Source: a virus
Lineage: Duplodnaviria > Caudoviricetes
Length of the DNA stretch: 64,000 nt
Direction: 5' to 3' (one strand)
IMG/VR virus record: IMGVR_UViG_3300050821_010560
Span: 1,927-65,926 of that record
Below are positions 1 to 8,786 of the stretch, piece after piece. The position numbers and the translations under genes were made by a program. Position 1 is the stretch's first letter; each line of letters opens with the position of its first letter. The notes under the pieces were generated by a model. That model did not search any database. It saw only the letters and a list, made by a program, of their open reading frames with translations, and was not told the DNA's origin.

Positions 1-643
1 TGACAGGGTCCTGGTAGGCCGTTTTACCCTTTCCTTCGGCCCCGACTTGCTCCAGCGTGGTAATGCGCGACGATAGCGCAGCAAACTGTTGTTGCTGTGC
101 GGCTGCCGCCGTCGCTGCTGTTGTCGCCACTAGTTGGCGCAGTGCCTCGGCGTTCGTGGTAGCTTGGTTTCTCAACACTTCGGCACTTTGGTTGACCTGA
201 TTGGCCAGTGCCGTTGCCTGGACATCTGATCGCTGGCTTGCGGTCGTCACTGCATTCACATCAACAGCACGAATGGCATCGATACGCTTGGCTTCCGCGA
301 TCGAGAGTTTCTCATTGTATTCAGCGCGTATCCTAGCCTCACCATCCAATCGCGCTGCTTGAGCTGCCGCCAAGACTTGCGCATGATCGTAACGTAATTG
401 GCTGATTTTTTCTTGTGCACTGATTTCTGTTTGCAGCAGCTTGTCGAGGGCATTGCGTAGGTCGTCCTGACGGCGGATTGCCGCTTCGACCAGATCGAGC
501 ACGTTTTTCGTCGGGTCGATGACAGGCTGCCCGCGCGCATCGACGACAATACCTGGACGCGATTCTTTTGTATCTTGTCCTACTGCCGTCTGGGCAGTTA
601 AGGTAATAAGCAGAACTAAAAATACGCTTGCCTTACGCAACAT
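1..643 (-). CDS. N-terminally anchored/secreted coiled-coil protein, spanin (Rz-like) candidate; runs off the left edge
   Basis: Hand-translated from ATG at 643: MLRKASVFLVLLITLTAQTAVGQDTKES...LVEAAIRRQDDLRNALDKLL...AEAKRIDAIRAVD; open to position 1; lies downstream of holin and endolysin candidates. Confidence 0.55.
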   Translation of the reverse strand, partial: MLRKASVFLVLLITLTAQTAVGQDTKESRPGIVVDARGQPVIDPTKNVLDLVEAAIRRQDDLRNALDKLLQTEISAQEKISQLRYDHAQVLAAAQAARLDGEARIRAEYNEKLSIAEAKRIDAIRAVDVNAVTTASQRSDVQATALANQVNQSAEVLRNQATTNAEALRQLVATTAATAAAAQQQQFAALSSRITTLEQVGAEGKGKTAYQDPV

Positions 644-648
644 GTAAC

Positions 649-1026
649 TCACTTTTTAGGTGCTACAAATCCGTTCGTCACTTTGACATTGGGAACGGCC
701 GCAGCCAGTTCCTTCGTCGTCGTGATGTTTTTCACTTCCGGCAAGGCCGCGGCAATCGCGAGCTTGTCCTGTGCCGGCAATGCTGCCGTTGCGGTGTTTA
801 TGTCATGCGCAGGCATGGCCGCGACACTGGCGACTTTGCCCTGGTTGGAATGCACCACGAAGGACCAGATGCCGCCGCCGATCGTGACGATGACGGTCAT
901 GATCTCGGGAAGGTTCGCCAGCAGGCCCGCGGCTTGTGCGGATGTCATCCACCCTCTCCCCGCCATATAGGCGAGGAGCGGGGGCAGCACGATCCGCAAG
1001 ATGCCGAATATCTGATCCTGGTTCAT
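649..1026 (-). CDS. putative holin / two-TM membrane protein
   Basis: Two hydrophobic segments (IFGILRIVLPPLLAYMAG; IMTVIVTIGGGIWSFVV); lysis-cassette position. Confidence 0.55.
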   Translation of the reverse strand: MNQDQIFGILRIVLPPLLAYMAGRGWMTSAQAAGLLANLPEIMTVIVTIGGGIWSFVVHSNQGKVASVAAMPAHDINTATAALPAQDKLAIAAALPEVKNITTTKELAAAVPNVKVTNGFVAPKK

Positions 1027-1031
1027 GGATA

Positions 1032-1310
1032 TCAGGGCGTCGGCAGACCTGTGGTTGGAGGAGGTGTGATGCCGGTGACCTGGTCCAGGATTGCGGCAAG
1101 CCCGTTCACCACTGCCAGGATCTTGGGCATGTAGGGAGCAAGACCCGGAAAAAACATGGCAATGATCCCTGCAATCAGGCTTTCGGCATTCACTGCCTGG
1201 TGGATGATAGTGTCCAGGTTGGTCAGCACGCCGGTTGACGGAACAGGCGTGCTGGCGGCGTTAGGAACGACGGGGGTCTGTACGTTGGGTGGGGTCAAGG
1301 TAACCTCCAT
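1032..1310 (-). CDS. small membrane protein (lysis region)
   Basis: Hydrophobic core LIAGIIAMFFPGLAPYMPKILAVVNGLAAIL. Confidence 0.5.
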   Translation of the reverse strand: MEVTLTPPNVQTPVVPNAASTPVPSTGVLTNLDTIIHQAVNAESLIAGIIAMFFPGLAPYMPKILAVVNGLAAILDQVTGITPPPTTGLPTP

Positions 1311-1963
1311 TTCAGGTTCACCTTGAATACCTCACTTGCGGTAGTGTTGGCAACTACTACCCCCATCGGGCCGGCCGTCGTTCCGAAGTTGAGCGTTTTG
1401 GCGGGCCAGACGTGGTCCCAACGGGCACCTAAGCTGAACGGTCCCATCGGCACGTCCAGGCCGGCACCCGCCAGGATCGCGTTCTCCCAGCTCGCCGCTG
1501 AGCCCACATTATCGACCGTGGCGGATATCTGCGACTGCGACATGCCGACAGAGACGAACGGGGTAGCTCCGCCGAGCCATGCCTGCGGCAAGCCGAAATC
1601 GACACGTTCGGTGATAACGCCTCCGTGCGAGAAGTGGCAAGCAACCCCCATTCCCAGGCAGGATGCACCACCTTTGCCGAAGTCGTACTCCGCCTCACCC
1701 AGAAGGCGGAACATCACGATATTTTTCCACTCATAACCGAAAAGTCCGCCCGCACGCGCGCCGGCTACTTCGAGTGTGCCGGTTCCGGTGTTAAAAAAGT
1801 CGAAAGAGTGGTTGACAACCGCGCCGCCTACTTCGACGCCCATGACCCAGAAACCGGTCGGCGCCGCGATGTAGGAGGGAGCCTTAGTGGGAATAGCCAT
1901 GTCGGCAGCGAACGCGGACACAGCGGACAGAGCGAGGATGGTACCGGCGAGAAGTGATTTCAT
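1295..1963 (-). CDS. outer-membrane beta-barrel protein, Omp25/RopB-like
   Basis: Signal peptide followed by AADMAIPTKAP, typical of rhizobial Omp25-like porins; amphipathic strands GGLFGYEW, GEAEYDF, AGAGLD; RBS GGAG upstream. Confidence 0.8.
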   Translation of the reverse strand: MKSLLAGTILALSAVSAFAADMAIPTKAPSYIAAPTGFWVMGVEVGGAVVNHSFDFFNTGTGTLEVAGARAGGLFGYEWKNIVMFRLLGEAEYDFGKGGASCLGMGVACHFSHGGVITERVDFGLPQAWLGGATPFVSVGMSQSQISATVDNVGSAASWENAILAGAGLDVPMGPFSLGARWDHVWPAKTLNFGTTAGPMGVVVANTTASEVFKVNLKWRLP

Positions 1964-2023
1964 GGGACATCTCCGTTTAATGGAGTCGCCACGATATACG
2001 GAAAACGTGTTACATATTTACCA

Positions 2024-2632
2024 CTAATTGAATTTAATTGTGTCGTCCAGTTCCAGCATCTTCTTGAGCAGTGCAGCGCACCCTAATTGCGTGTCCCATA
2101 CGGATCGATTGAACTGTCCGTCACCAGTGTACTTGCCGATCTCCTCGATGCTGGTCGCTCCCCAATCATAGGGGCTCGGCTCATTATGGTATTTCTCATA
2201 GCCGATGCCGTTGTAAAGAATCAAGATTGTCAGCACGCCGCCGATCGACCAATCCGTCCAGCGCGCGGTGTACGGAGGTGTGTTTTGTAAGGTGTCGACG
2301 GCGCAACGGTGCCAAGCGTCGTGCCCTGGACCGTCCGTAGAATGATGCAGGTAGGGGCCACGTCCCTTTGGGATATGCCGCGACACATGGTCGAGCGGAT
2401 CTCCTTGGCCAAGTTGCTTGGTGAAGTCTGCGTCGCTCTCGCGGTAGGCAATAACACCGACAACCGGCCACGGCACATTCGTTGCCGCTTCGACCGCCTG
2501 GTAGCGGAACTTAGCGTTTTCTTCTACCAAGCGTTCGACCGCCTTGATGACCTCTGCTTCGCGGCTCGGTAAGATGTGGCATTCATCCCATCGCTGCCGG
2601 TTAGCTTTGATCAGCCAGGAATAGTCGGTCAT
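2024..2632 (-). CDS. endolysin, lysozyme-like (COG5526-type)
   Basis: RYQAVEAATNVPWPVVGVIAYRES...LGQGDPL...YNGIGY...PSPYDW...GKY..DG...QLGCAALLK pattern; lysis position. Confidence 0.75.
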   Translation of the reverse strand: MTDYSWLIKANRQRWDECHILPSREAEVIKAVERLVEENAKFRYQAVEAATNVPWPVVGVIAYRESDADFTKQLGQGDPLDHVSRHIPKGRGPYLHHSTDGPGHDAWHRCAVDTLQNTPPYTARWTDWSIGGVLTILILYNGIGYEKYHNEPSPYDWGATSIEEIGKYTGDGQFNRSVWDTQLGCAALLKKMLELDDTIKFN

Positions 2633-2639
2633 AGAGCCC

Positions 2640-2861
2640 TCATTTTGGAAGTTCTTTCTGCTGCTCGGTTACCTGCTGGTTCAGCTTACCCAGCAAGGCG
2701 GCTACTTCCTCGTACGGCCGCTTGACGAGCGCCGTGCCGATCATCTGGATCTCCGCCATGGTGAGCTTGAGATCGTATTCCTTGACAGGGGGAGCCGGCG
2801 GCTGCTGAGCGAAAGTGGTTGAGGATAAGATTAGAAACATTCCAACGAGCAGTTTTTTCAA
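2640..2861 (-). CDS. small secreted protein, resembling small coiled-coil proteins that follow tail-fibre genes
   Basis: Signal peptide MKKLLVGMFLILSSTTFA|QQP; LKLTMAEIQMIGTALVKRPYEEVAALLGKL. Confidence 0.65.
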   Translation of the reverse strand: MKKLLVGMFLILSSTTFAQQPPAPPVKEYDLKLTMAEIQMIGTALVKRPYEEVAALLGKLNQQVTEQQKELPK

Positions 2862-2880
2862 GGCGTGCTCCTTTCGCGTG

Positions 2881-4578
2881 TCAGCACACAGTTAGCACAC
2901 CTGAATTATTCCACAAGCGTCCCGTACCGGTACATCCACCCGGTGCAGAGGTGGGTAAGTTGGGCATTAATACTTGAGAAACTGATCCCGCCGCCTGCTG
3001 CCCACCAGATAGAACAGTAGTCGCATTCGGATTAGTGCCGATCTGGTCGTTGAATGACATGAATCCGTAGAAGAACAAACCGTAACCCGATAGGACCAAC
3101 GAAATCCCGAACTGGTTGTTCATGCTCATCATGGTAACCGGCGATCCGGTGGCGCCGGTCGTGGCGTTGCCTTGCTCGCCGACGAGAATGGCATGGGTGT
3201 TACCCGTCGCATAAGTGGTGCCCTGTCCTAACCCCGTGCTGACGGAAGACACCGAGCCGGAACCAATGAGCGTGACGGAAGACCCGAGCTTGTAGAACCC
3301 ATCGGCAAGCTGGTTGATGTTTGCCACTCTCGATCCGATGACCGTGAACGGGGCAACGCCGCCTTTGAGATCAAGCTCGCGAAGATTCCCTTCGTTCTCG
3401 ATCTGCTCGATGATGATCGAGTCTGTCAAGTTTCCTTGGGCCAAAACTCCCGTGCCGCCAAACCCGCCGCCAAGGTGGCGGATGTCCGCGCTGCCGCCGA
3501 GAATGGCGACCTGTATGTCGCATCCGGTAATCTGATTATAGTATATCCGCGTATGTTTGGCATTCTGGCTGGCGCCTTGTCGAAGGCCGACACCGAAATT
3601 CGTTCCGGTCGTGATCTGAACATTTGATAGAGGGCTTGCGCCGATGTAGCCGACTATCCATGACGGCGCGGCGGCAAGAACGACGGTAGTCGAGTTCGTA
3701 AAGCTGGCGATCGTCGTATCCCAGAACAGGCCGCCTTGGCTACCGGGAAAACTCAGCCGTATTCTCTTGCCTGCATCCCCGGAAACGAAAGCCGCCGTGG
3801 CGCTCGTCAGGGTCGTGCTGCCGCTCGTCACGACTCCATCGATCGCCCGGTTGGTGCTGAGCTGCCCGCTGTCACAGGTGATCGTGTTGTCGTGGATATA
3901 GTAGTTTTCGTGGTTTGTTGTCGCGGTCCTGCTCCAATCGACGGCGACGAAGCTGGCATTACTTAGGCTGCTGTGAATGAAATCATTCCACCCAACTTCG
4001 GCCTGCGTACCGACGTGCGATCCTCCCGTCGTTCCATCGAACTTGAGAAAGGCATTGACCGAATGCACTCCATCGGTGACGAAGCGAAAACCGCGTATGG
4101 TCGGATGATCGCAATGCTCGAAATCGAACATCACCCCATTGTTGGCGCCGACCCATACGAACTGCGGAGCACCGCCGCTATCCTGCTGCCGTATGCCGGA
4201 AGTCAGGACAAGACCAACGCGATCGGTTACTGTGACAGTAGAACCAATATGCAGAGTGCAATCGGTGGGAAAAAACAGCGTCGAACTGTCAGGAATGGCA
4301 GCAATTGCCGTTTGCAAGGCACCTGCCGAATCCGTCGCTCCCGTACAGTCCACCCCGGTAAACCCAGTTGCGGTGTAGACATTCGGCGTCGAGACCAGCA
4401 TGTCGAGCATGGTCTGCCGCAGCTTGGTCGCCGTGCCCGCCGCACCCTGACCGGACGCCTGATTGGTGTTGATGTCTGTCGTTATTCCACTCGTCGTCTT
4501 CGACCCGCCGGTCTGAGCAGAAGCGGCGAGCGAGAACACAAGGATGAGCGCGGCGGCTCTAAACGTTGAAGTCAGCAC
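2881..4578 (-). CDS. signal-peptide-bearing tailspike-like beta-helix (pectate-lyase-like) protein
   Basis: Likely start GTG 4578 (MLTSTFRAAALILVFSLAASA|QTG); GVDCTGATDSAGALQTAIAA...TLFFP is the typical start of a beta-helix; C-terminal LPTSAPG..GRLWNNSGVL fibre motif. Confidence 0.7.
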   Translation of the reverse strand: MLTSTFRAAALILVFSLAASAQTGGSKTTSGITTDINTNQASGQGAAGTATKLRQTMLDMLVSTPNVYTATGFTGVDCTGATDSAGALQTAIAAIPDSSTLFFPTDCTLHIGSTVTVTDRVGLVLTSGIRQQDSGGAPQFVWVGANNGVMFDFEHCDHPTIRGFRFVTDGVHSVNAFLKFDGTTGGSHVGTQAEVGWNDFIHSSLSNASFVAVDWSRTATTNHENYYIHDNTITCDSGQLSTNRAIDGVVTSGSTTLTSATAAFVSGDAGKRIRLSFPGSQGGLFWDTTIASFTNSTTVVLAAAPSWIVGYIGASPLSNVQITTGTNFGVGLRQGASQNAKHTRIYYNQITGCDIQVAILGGSADIRHLGGGFGGTGVLAQGNLTDSIIIEQIENEGNLRELDLKGGVAPFTVIGSRVANINQLADGFYKLGSSVTLIGSGSVSSVSTGLGQGTTYATGNTHAILVGEQGNATTGATGSPVTMMSMNNQFGISLVLSGYGLFFYGFMSFNDQIGTNPNATTVLSGGQQAAGSVSQVLMPNLPTSAPGGCTGTGRLWNNSGVLTVC

Positions 4579-4666
4579 TGGCGAAGTCCGCAGGGTTGAA
4601 GTCGTGAGAGGAACTGGCCGATCCATGCCAGAATAACAGGACCAACGATAGAACAAAAAGGTTCAT
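4559..4666 (-). CDS. 35-aa secreted micro-protein with DF repeats
   Basis: Hand-translated MNLFVLSLVLLFWHGSASSSHDFNPADFASADFNV; ATGA-coupled to the upstream gene; absent from the ORF track. Confidence 0.55.
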   Translation of the reverse strand: MNLFVLSLVLLFWHGSASSSHDFNPADFASADFNV

Positions 4667-5580
4667 GGTGGCCCCCAGACCTGTACGGATTGGACCGCGA
4701 TGAACGGCCCGCCGAGGATTAGGATGTACGACATGGTGTCCGCGACGCTATAGACACCGGTAGGGCTCCCAGTCGAACAGGGTGCCGACGCGGAGGAGGT
4801 GTATGTCACATCCGCCGCAGTCTTGTGCACTCCATCAACCCAGCTCTCACGCCTACCTGTACCGGAGTTGAGACTCATCGGCACGATAGCTTTGGCGTAG
4901 GTATGCAGAGCAGTGTCGATCGCGCCGCTTATCACCTGGCACCCGGCGTTGAGTTGCGTGTTCGAAGCACCGGTCCATTGATGTAGGTTACTCAATGCCC
5001 CGGAGCTATCAACCACCTCCATGATGTCATCCTCAACCCAGGTAGTTATTCCTTGGTTGAGGTGCGGTAGCGGCATCATCCAGAATGAGGAGTGGGGATT
5101 GCCCTCGACAGCGGAGTTCAGCGACGCGACCATCTGAACGAAGAAGCCCTTGCTCGCATCGAACAGATATCCACAGTACGAGCCGTTGTAGGCAGCGCCA
5201 CTCGTACTCACGGCCGTTAGCAGGCTCAGGTTATCCGTATTCGTCGAGGCGAGGAGACCCATGCCGTTGGCATTGATCGACATATTGCCGGATGGTGTCG
5301 GCGAGTCTCCGCCCCCTCCGCCGAACCAAGTGAGGTTGGTAAACCAGGCATAGCCGGAACTACAGTTCTTTGTATTGTTCAGATCAACCTTGGTGAGATC
5401 AGTGAACTTGACATAGAAAAGGCACTTGCTGAAGCCCCAGTTCGTCGCACCGGTTGGCGCACTCGGAGCACCACTGGTGCAAAACTCGCTCCCATGCGTG
5501 AAGGGCTTGCTCGGCAGTACGCTTGCGCCGAGATATAGCAGGGCAAGGGATGCGAGAATGGCGAGCATTCTAAAGCTCAT
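4663..5580 (-). CDS. secreted beta-sandwich protein, GH16/ConA-like
   Basis: Signal peptide; HSSFWMMP...WVEDDIMEV resembles the GH16 E-x-D-x-x-E motif; HTY..W..DG. Confidence 0.6.
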   Translation of the reverse strand: MSFRMLAILASLALLYLGASVLPSKPFTHGSEFCTSGAPSAPTGATNWGFSKCLFYVKFTDLTKVDLNNTKNCSSGYAWFTNLTWFGGGGGDSPTPSGNMSINANGMGLLASTNTDNLSLLTAVSTSGAAYNGSYCGYLFDASKGFFVQMVASLNSAVEGNPHSSFWMMPLPHLNQGITTWVEDDIMEVVDSSGALSNLHQWTGASNTQLNAGCQVISGAIDTALHTYAKAIVPMSLNSGTGRRESWVDGVHKTAADVTYTSSASAPCSTGSPTGVYSVADTMSYILILGGPFIAVQSVQVWGPP

Positions 5581-6462
5581 CTAGCACGTACCCGACGAAA
5601 TGCCAGCAATCGTCGTCAGATATAGGTTCGTTTCGTGACAAAGGTTCGTCACATCGCCAGCGGTCAGATTTCCTCCGATCGTCGCGGACATGATCTGATA
5701 AGCACCGCCGTTGTCCGCAGTCGTACCGGTCGAATGCTGAAGCCCAAGTATGTAGACATTTCTACTCACTAGAGCTGAGGAAGTTGTATTCGGATTTTGG
5801 ATATTCGAGGCGTTCTTATAAAGTTGGTTGGTACTGCCCCCATTCCGATTGACAACGAAGTGACCAAGGCTATCAGCAACGGCTACTCCAGAAGCGTAGG
5901 CATTATTGACGTTACCTTGAGCATTGCCAGCTTGCCTGATAATAAGGGCGGTTGTAGAAGTAAAGGCGGGTTCATTATAGCCAATTACTGATCCCTGACT
6001 AGCTGCGGCATTTAAGTTTGTGTTGCTCCATACTGAAACATGCCCCGCATTCTGAGCAAAATTTCCCCCGGCCGTTGACGGGTTAAACCCGGTATCAAGA
6101 AAATCGGTTGTCGGGTTAGCCGCAGTTCCTAGATATCCCGCGTCTACGGTAAAACCCGGCGCACCATTCACAATTGCCGTGAAGCTACTCGAAACGATAT
6201 TGAGCAAAGCATTGCTGGAGCTGTTCGTCGCAAACAGGTAGGCAGCGTCCAGCTTGGCGAATACTCCCTGCACGTCAAGGTTACAAATCCACTGCCGGTA
6301 AGCTCCTCGATGCTTGACATCAACCGAGGTAGTGCGGTTCAAAAAGGTAGTGTATTTGGCGCAGTTCGAGCTGCCAACCATGAGAACCGGCAACTGCGCG
6401 TAGGCGCCATACCCCGCAACCAGGGAAAACCAAAGAACGCAAAAGGCAAATAACCGCTTCAC
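5581..6462 (-). CDS. secreted LamG/ConA-like protein
   Basis: True start GTG 6462 (MKRLFAFCVLWFSLVAGYGAYA|QLP); FLDTGFNPS, HVSVWSNT, QLYKNAS, ATIGGNLT motifs. Confidence 0.7.
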   Translation of the reverse strand: MKRLFAFCVLWFSLVAGYGAYAQLPVLMVGSSNCAKYTTFLNRTTSVDVKHRGAYRQWICNLDVQGVFAKLDAAYLFATNSSSNALLNIVSSSFTAIVNGAPGFTVDAGYLGTAANPTTDFLDTGFNPSTAGGNFAQNAGHVSVWSNTNLNAAASQGSVIGYNEPAFTSTTALIIRQAGNAQGNVNNAYASGVAVADSLGHFVVNRNGGSTNQLYKNASNIQNPNTTSSALVSRNVYILGLQHSTGTTADNGGAYQIMSATIGGNLTAGDVTNLCHETNLYLTTIAGISSGTC

Positions 6463-6663
6463 TAGAATCCCCAAAACGTATGCTGATTCGAGTTCATCGA
6501 ACTCTGCTGGCCCGTGCTGAAGCCTACACCCCAGATCCCCGCCTCGAACAGGTTGCCATTGAAACGGTTCGTGTTGTTCGCATTCGTGCACATGCGGATC
6601 GTACTCCCGATCGCATCGACTTCCAATTAACAGCCCCCAAATGACAAGGAGCTTATAGATCAT
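6462..6663 (-). pseudogene. internally deleted secreted LamG-like gene remnant
   Basis: Signal-like start MIYKLLVIWGLLIG joined out of frame to a C-terminus ...NRFNGNLFEAGIWGVGFSTGQQSSMNSNQHTFWGF* that ends TAG overlapping the next GTG. Confidence 0.55.
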
Positions 6664-8348
6664 TGCACCACCGTAACCGCGACACCACTTAGCTGTGCTG
6701 CTGTGCTGGTGATGAGGCAGAAGTCGTTGGCATTGACCGTTGAGGCTGCAATGGCCTTAGCTCCCGTGCCGCTCTCAAACCCTTGGTTAGCAGCAAGGTT
6801 GATCCCAGTCGCTGCCGTCGTGCCGCCGATCAGGCCAAGCGTTGAAGTCGCGCAGTTCGTCCCGGAGCCCTCGACGATGCCAACGTTATCCGCAGCGGCG
6901 GCGAACAGGAACAGGTGGCAGATATAAGTCTTCTTAGCTGATGTGCCTGTGACAATCTTGGTGTTCGCTGCAGAGGATATATTGATCGGCGTCCACACAT
7001 GCGCGTTCACGTCGCATGGATCGCCGACAAGGCCCGTTGTGTTGCCGCCGATGTTGACACCCTGATAGATCGCATTCGCGGGTACGGCGCTCGCCGTGGC
7101 ACCGGCACCTAAGCCGGCTACAGCTGAGTTGTCCGAAGCGATATTCATCCGCTGCGAACCGGTGCCGCTGACGCCGTTGTTCATCAGCGGCGTGACGCCA
7201 TTGAACTGAGACACGTTTACGGACTGGTTTGCCGGCAAGGCGACCGAGTCGGGCGTGACGAGCAGTTTAGTCATGCTCGCGATGCCCTGCACGGTCACGA
7301 CGTTAGTGCTGGCGGTTCCGGCCGTACCTGGGGCTGAGCCGGCGATAGTCGCGGTGTCCGTGCCGACCGCAACTCGTTGGGTGCCGGTACCGACCGCGCC
7401 GGTCCCGGTCAGGACCGTCACACCATTGACTTGCGCAACGTTGACCGATTGGTTGGTCGCCGTGTTGGCGACGATATTGGCGTTGATCGTCTTGGGATCA
7501 TAAGCGACCGGAACAGTGTGCCCGGTAACCGTGATGGTGCCGGCCGAGTAGGCGCTGATCCGCGCACGGATATTCTGGAAACCGGCTACCGGCATCTGCC
7601 AGATCGTAATACCGGAAGTCGTTGTGGTCGTTGCAAGGGTCGTTGTGCCTACCTGGACGGCAGTGACTGCCGTAAAATTAGTGTTATCCTCTGTGGCCTC
7701 AAAATTTACCGTCGTGCCGCCAGAGCAGGATGCGCAATTCACCGTCAAGATAGCCGACGACATCCCGTTGACGAGAAGAAGTGTGCCGTTACCGTTGGCT
7801 ACCGCGGCCGATTGCAACGTTCCGCTCACCGGAATCGATGCGACCTGACCAACATTGCCGATCGTCGCCGATCCAGCAGGGATAGACGAGCTGACCGCGT
7901 TGGCGACGAACTTGGTCAACGCCTCGAGCGAGCAAGTGCCGGTCGCGCTTCCGCAGACCGCATCGGCCTTAGCACCAAGCGTTACATTCGCGCCATCGGC
8001 TTCCGTCGCAGCGGCTTGCACGGCAAATGTGCCTGTGCCGACAACAGTGGCATTCAAGCTCGCTGCCGTCGCCTGGCTCACTGTCACCGTGCCGCTGATA
8101 GGCACAGCTTGCCCGCCTGAAATACCCTGGATGGTCAAAGCGCTCGTGCTCGGCGATCCCGCCGCGCCTGTCAGCGTCGTTCCCGTGGTATCCGTAGGAA
8201 CACTTAGCGGGCAGATCGTCGAGGAGCAGTTGAATGTCTTGAACGTCTGCGTGGCCCCCGCAGCATCCTTGGCCGTGATGGAAGTCTGACCAAGCGCAGG
8301 AGCGCAAGCAATGAATAGAAGGAGAGCGGCTAGAAGCTTTTTCATCAT
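6660..8348 (-). CDS. secreted Ser/Thr/Gly-rich fibre-like protein
   Basis: Signal peptide MMKKLLAALLLFIACAPALG|QTS; beta-repeats (NVAQVNG, NVSQFNG); paired Cys. Confidence 0.7.
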   Translation of the reverse strand: MMKKLLAALLLFIACAPALGQTSITAKDAAGATQTFKTFNCSSTICPLSVPTDTTGTTLTGAAGSPSTSALTIQGISGGQAVPISGTVTVSQATAASLNATVVGTGTFAVQAAATEADGANVTLGAKADAVCGSATGTCSLEALTKFVANAVSSSIPAGSATIGNVGQVASIPVSGTLQSAAVANGNGTLLLVNGMSSAILTVNCASCSGGTTVNFEATEDNTNFTAVTAVQVGTTTLATTTTTSGITIWQMPVAGFQNIRARISAYSAGTITVTGHTVPVAYDPKTINANIVANTATNQSVNVAQVNGVTVLTGTGAVGTGTQRVAVGTDTATIAGSAPGTAGTASTNVVTVQGIASMTKLLVTPDSVALPANQSVNVSQFNGVTPLMNNGVSGTGSQRMNIASDNSAVAGLGAGATASAVPANAIYQGVNIGGNTTGLVGDPCDVNAHVWTPINISSAANTKIVTGTSAKKTYICHLFLFAAAADNVGIVEGSGTNCATSTLGLIGGTTAATGINLAANQGFESGTGAKAIAASTVNANDFCLITSTAAQLSGVAVTVVQ

Positions 8349-8352
8349 GCCC

Positions 8353-8520
8353 TCAGTGCAGCAGTTCCATCATGACGGGGATGTTGCAACCGGTCGCGAC
8401 CGAGAAGTCGGTTGAGATGTTTCCACATGGTGTTAGGACTACAGTCGTTCCCCCCAATAGAGAACTCTGGGCACTTGCCTGGCTGGCGCAAAGAAGAAGG
8501 ATTATGATCCAGCGTGTCAT
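8353..8520 (-). CDS. 55-aa secreted protein with two mature-region Cys
   Basis: Hand-translated MTRWIIILLLCASQASA|QSSLLGGTTVVLTPCGNISTDFSVATGCNIPVMMELLH; ATGA-coupled. Confidence 0.6.
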   Translation of the reverse strand: MTRWIIILLLCASQASAQSSLLGGTTVVLTPCGNISTDFSVATGCNIPVMMELLH

Positions 8521-8786
8521 CCGACTATCCATGAGGTTCCATTGCAGTAAACGAGCGTATGGATTGCACCGCCACCGGTTACAGCGGAAAGAGCGACCGG
8601 CGTAAGTGCATCAGTCACGCCGTAGATCATGCCTTCAGCAGCGGCGTTACACGTGGGTAGAGAGCCAACGACCGAGGTAGGGACTTTACCCGACGTAGAC
8701 GTTGTTACCAATTCCGCATGCAGGAATAGAGGCGAAAGCCCAATAACTGTAGCTAGAAATATTCCAAGAGGCATTACCCATCTCAT
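8517..8786 (-). CDS. small secreted protein with a fibre-type module
   Basis: Start 8786 MRWVMPLGIFLATVIGLSPLFLHA|E; VGSLPTCNAAAEGMIYGVTD...VYCNGTSW. Confidence 0.65.
   Translation of the reverse strand: MRWVMPLGIFLATVIGLSPLFLHAELVTTSTSGKVPTSVVGSLPTCNAAAEGMIYGVTDALTPVALSAVTGGGAIHTLVYCNGTSWIVG

Noticed and set aside
256-549. Embedded Rz1-like o-spanin in an alternative frame
   Set aside because: No hydrophobic leader or lipobox
5581-6663. 360-aa ORF as a single gene
   Set aside because: An internal signal peptide at GTG 6462 and an out-of-frame C-terminal remnant show the first 67 codons come from a deletion scar
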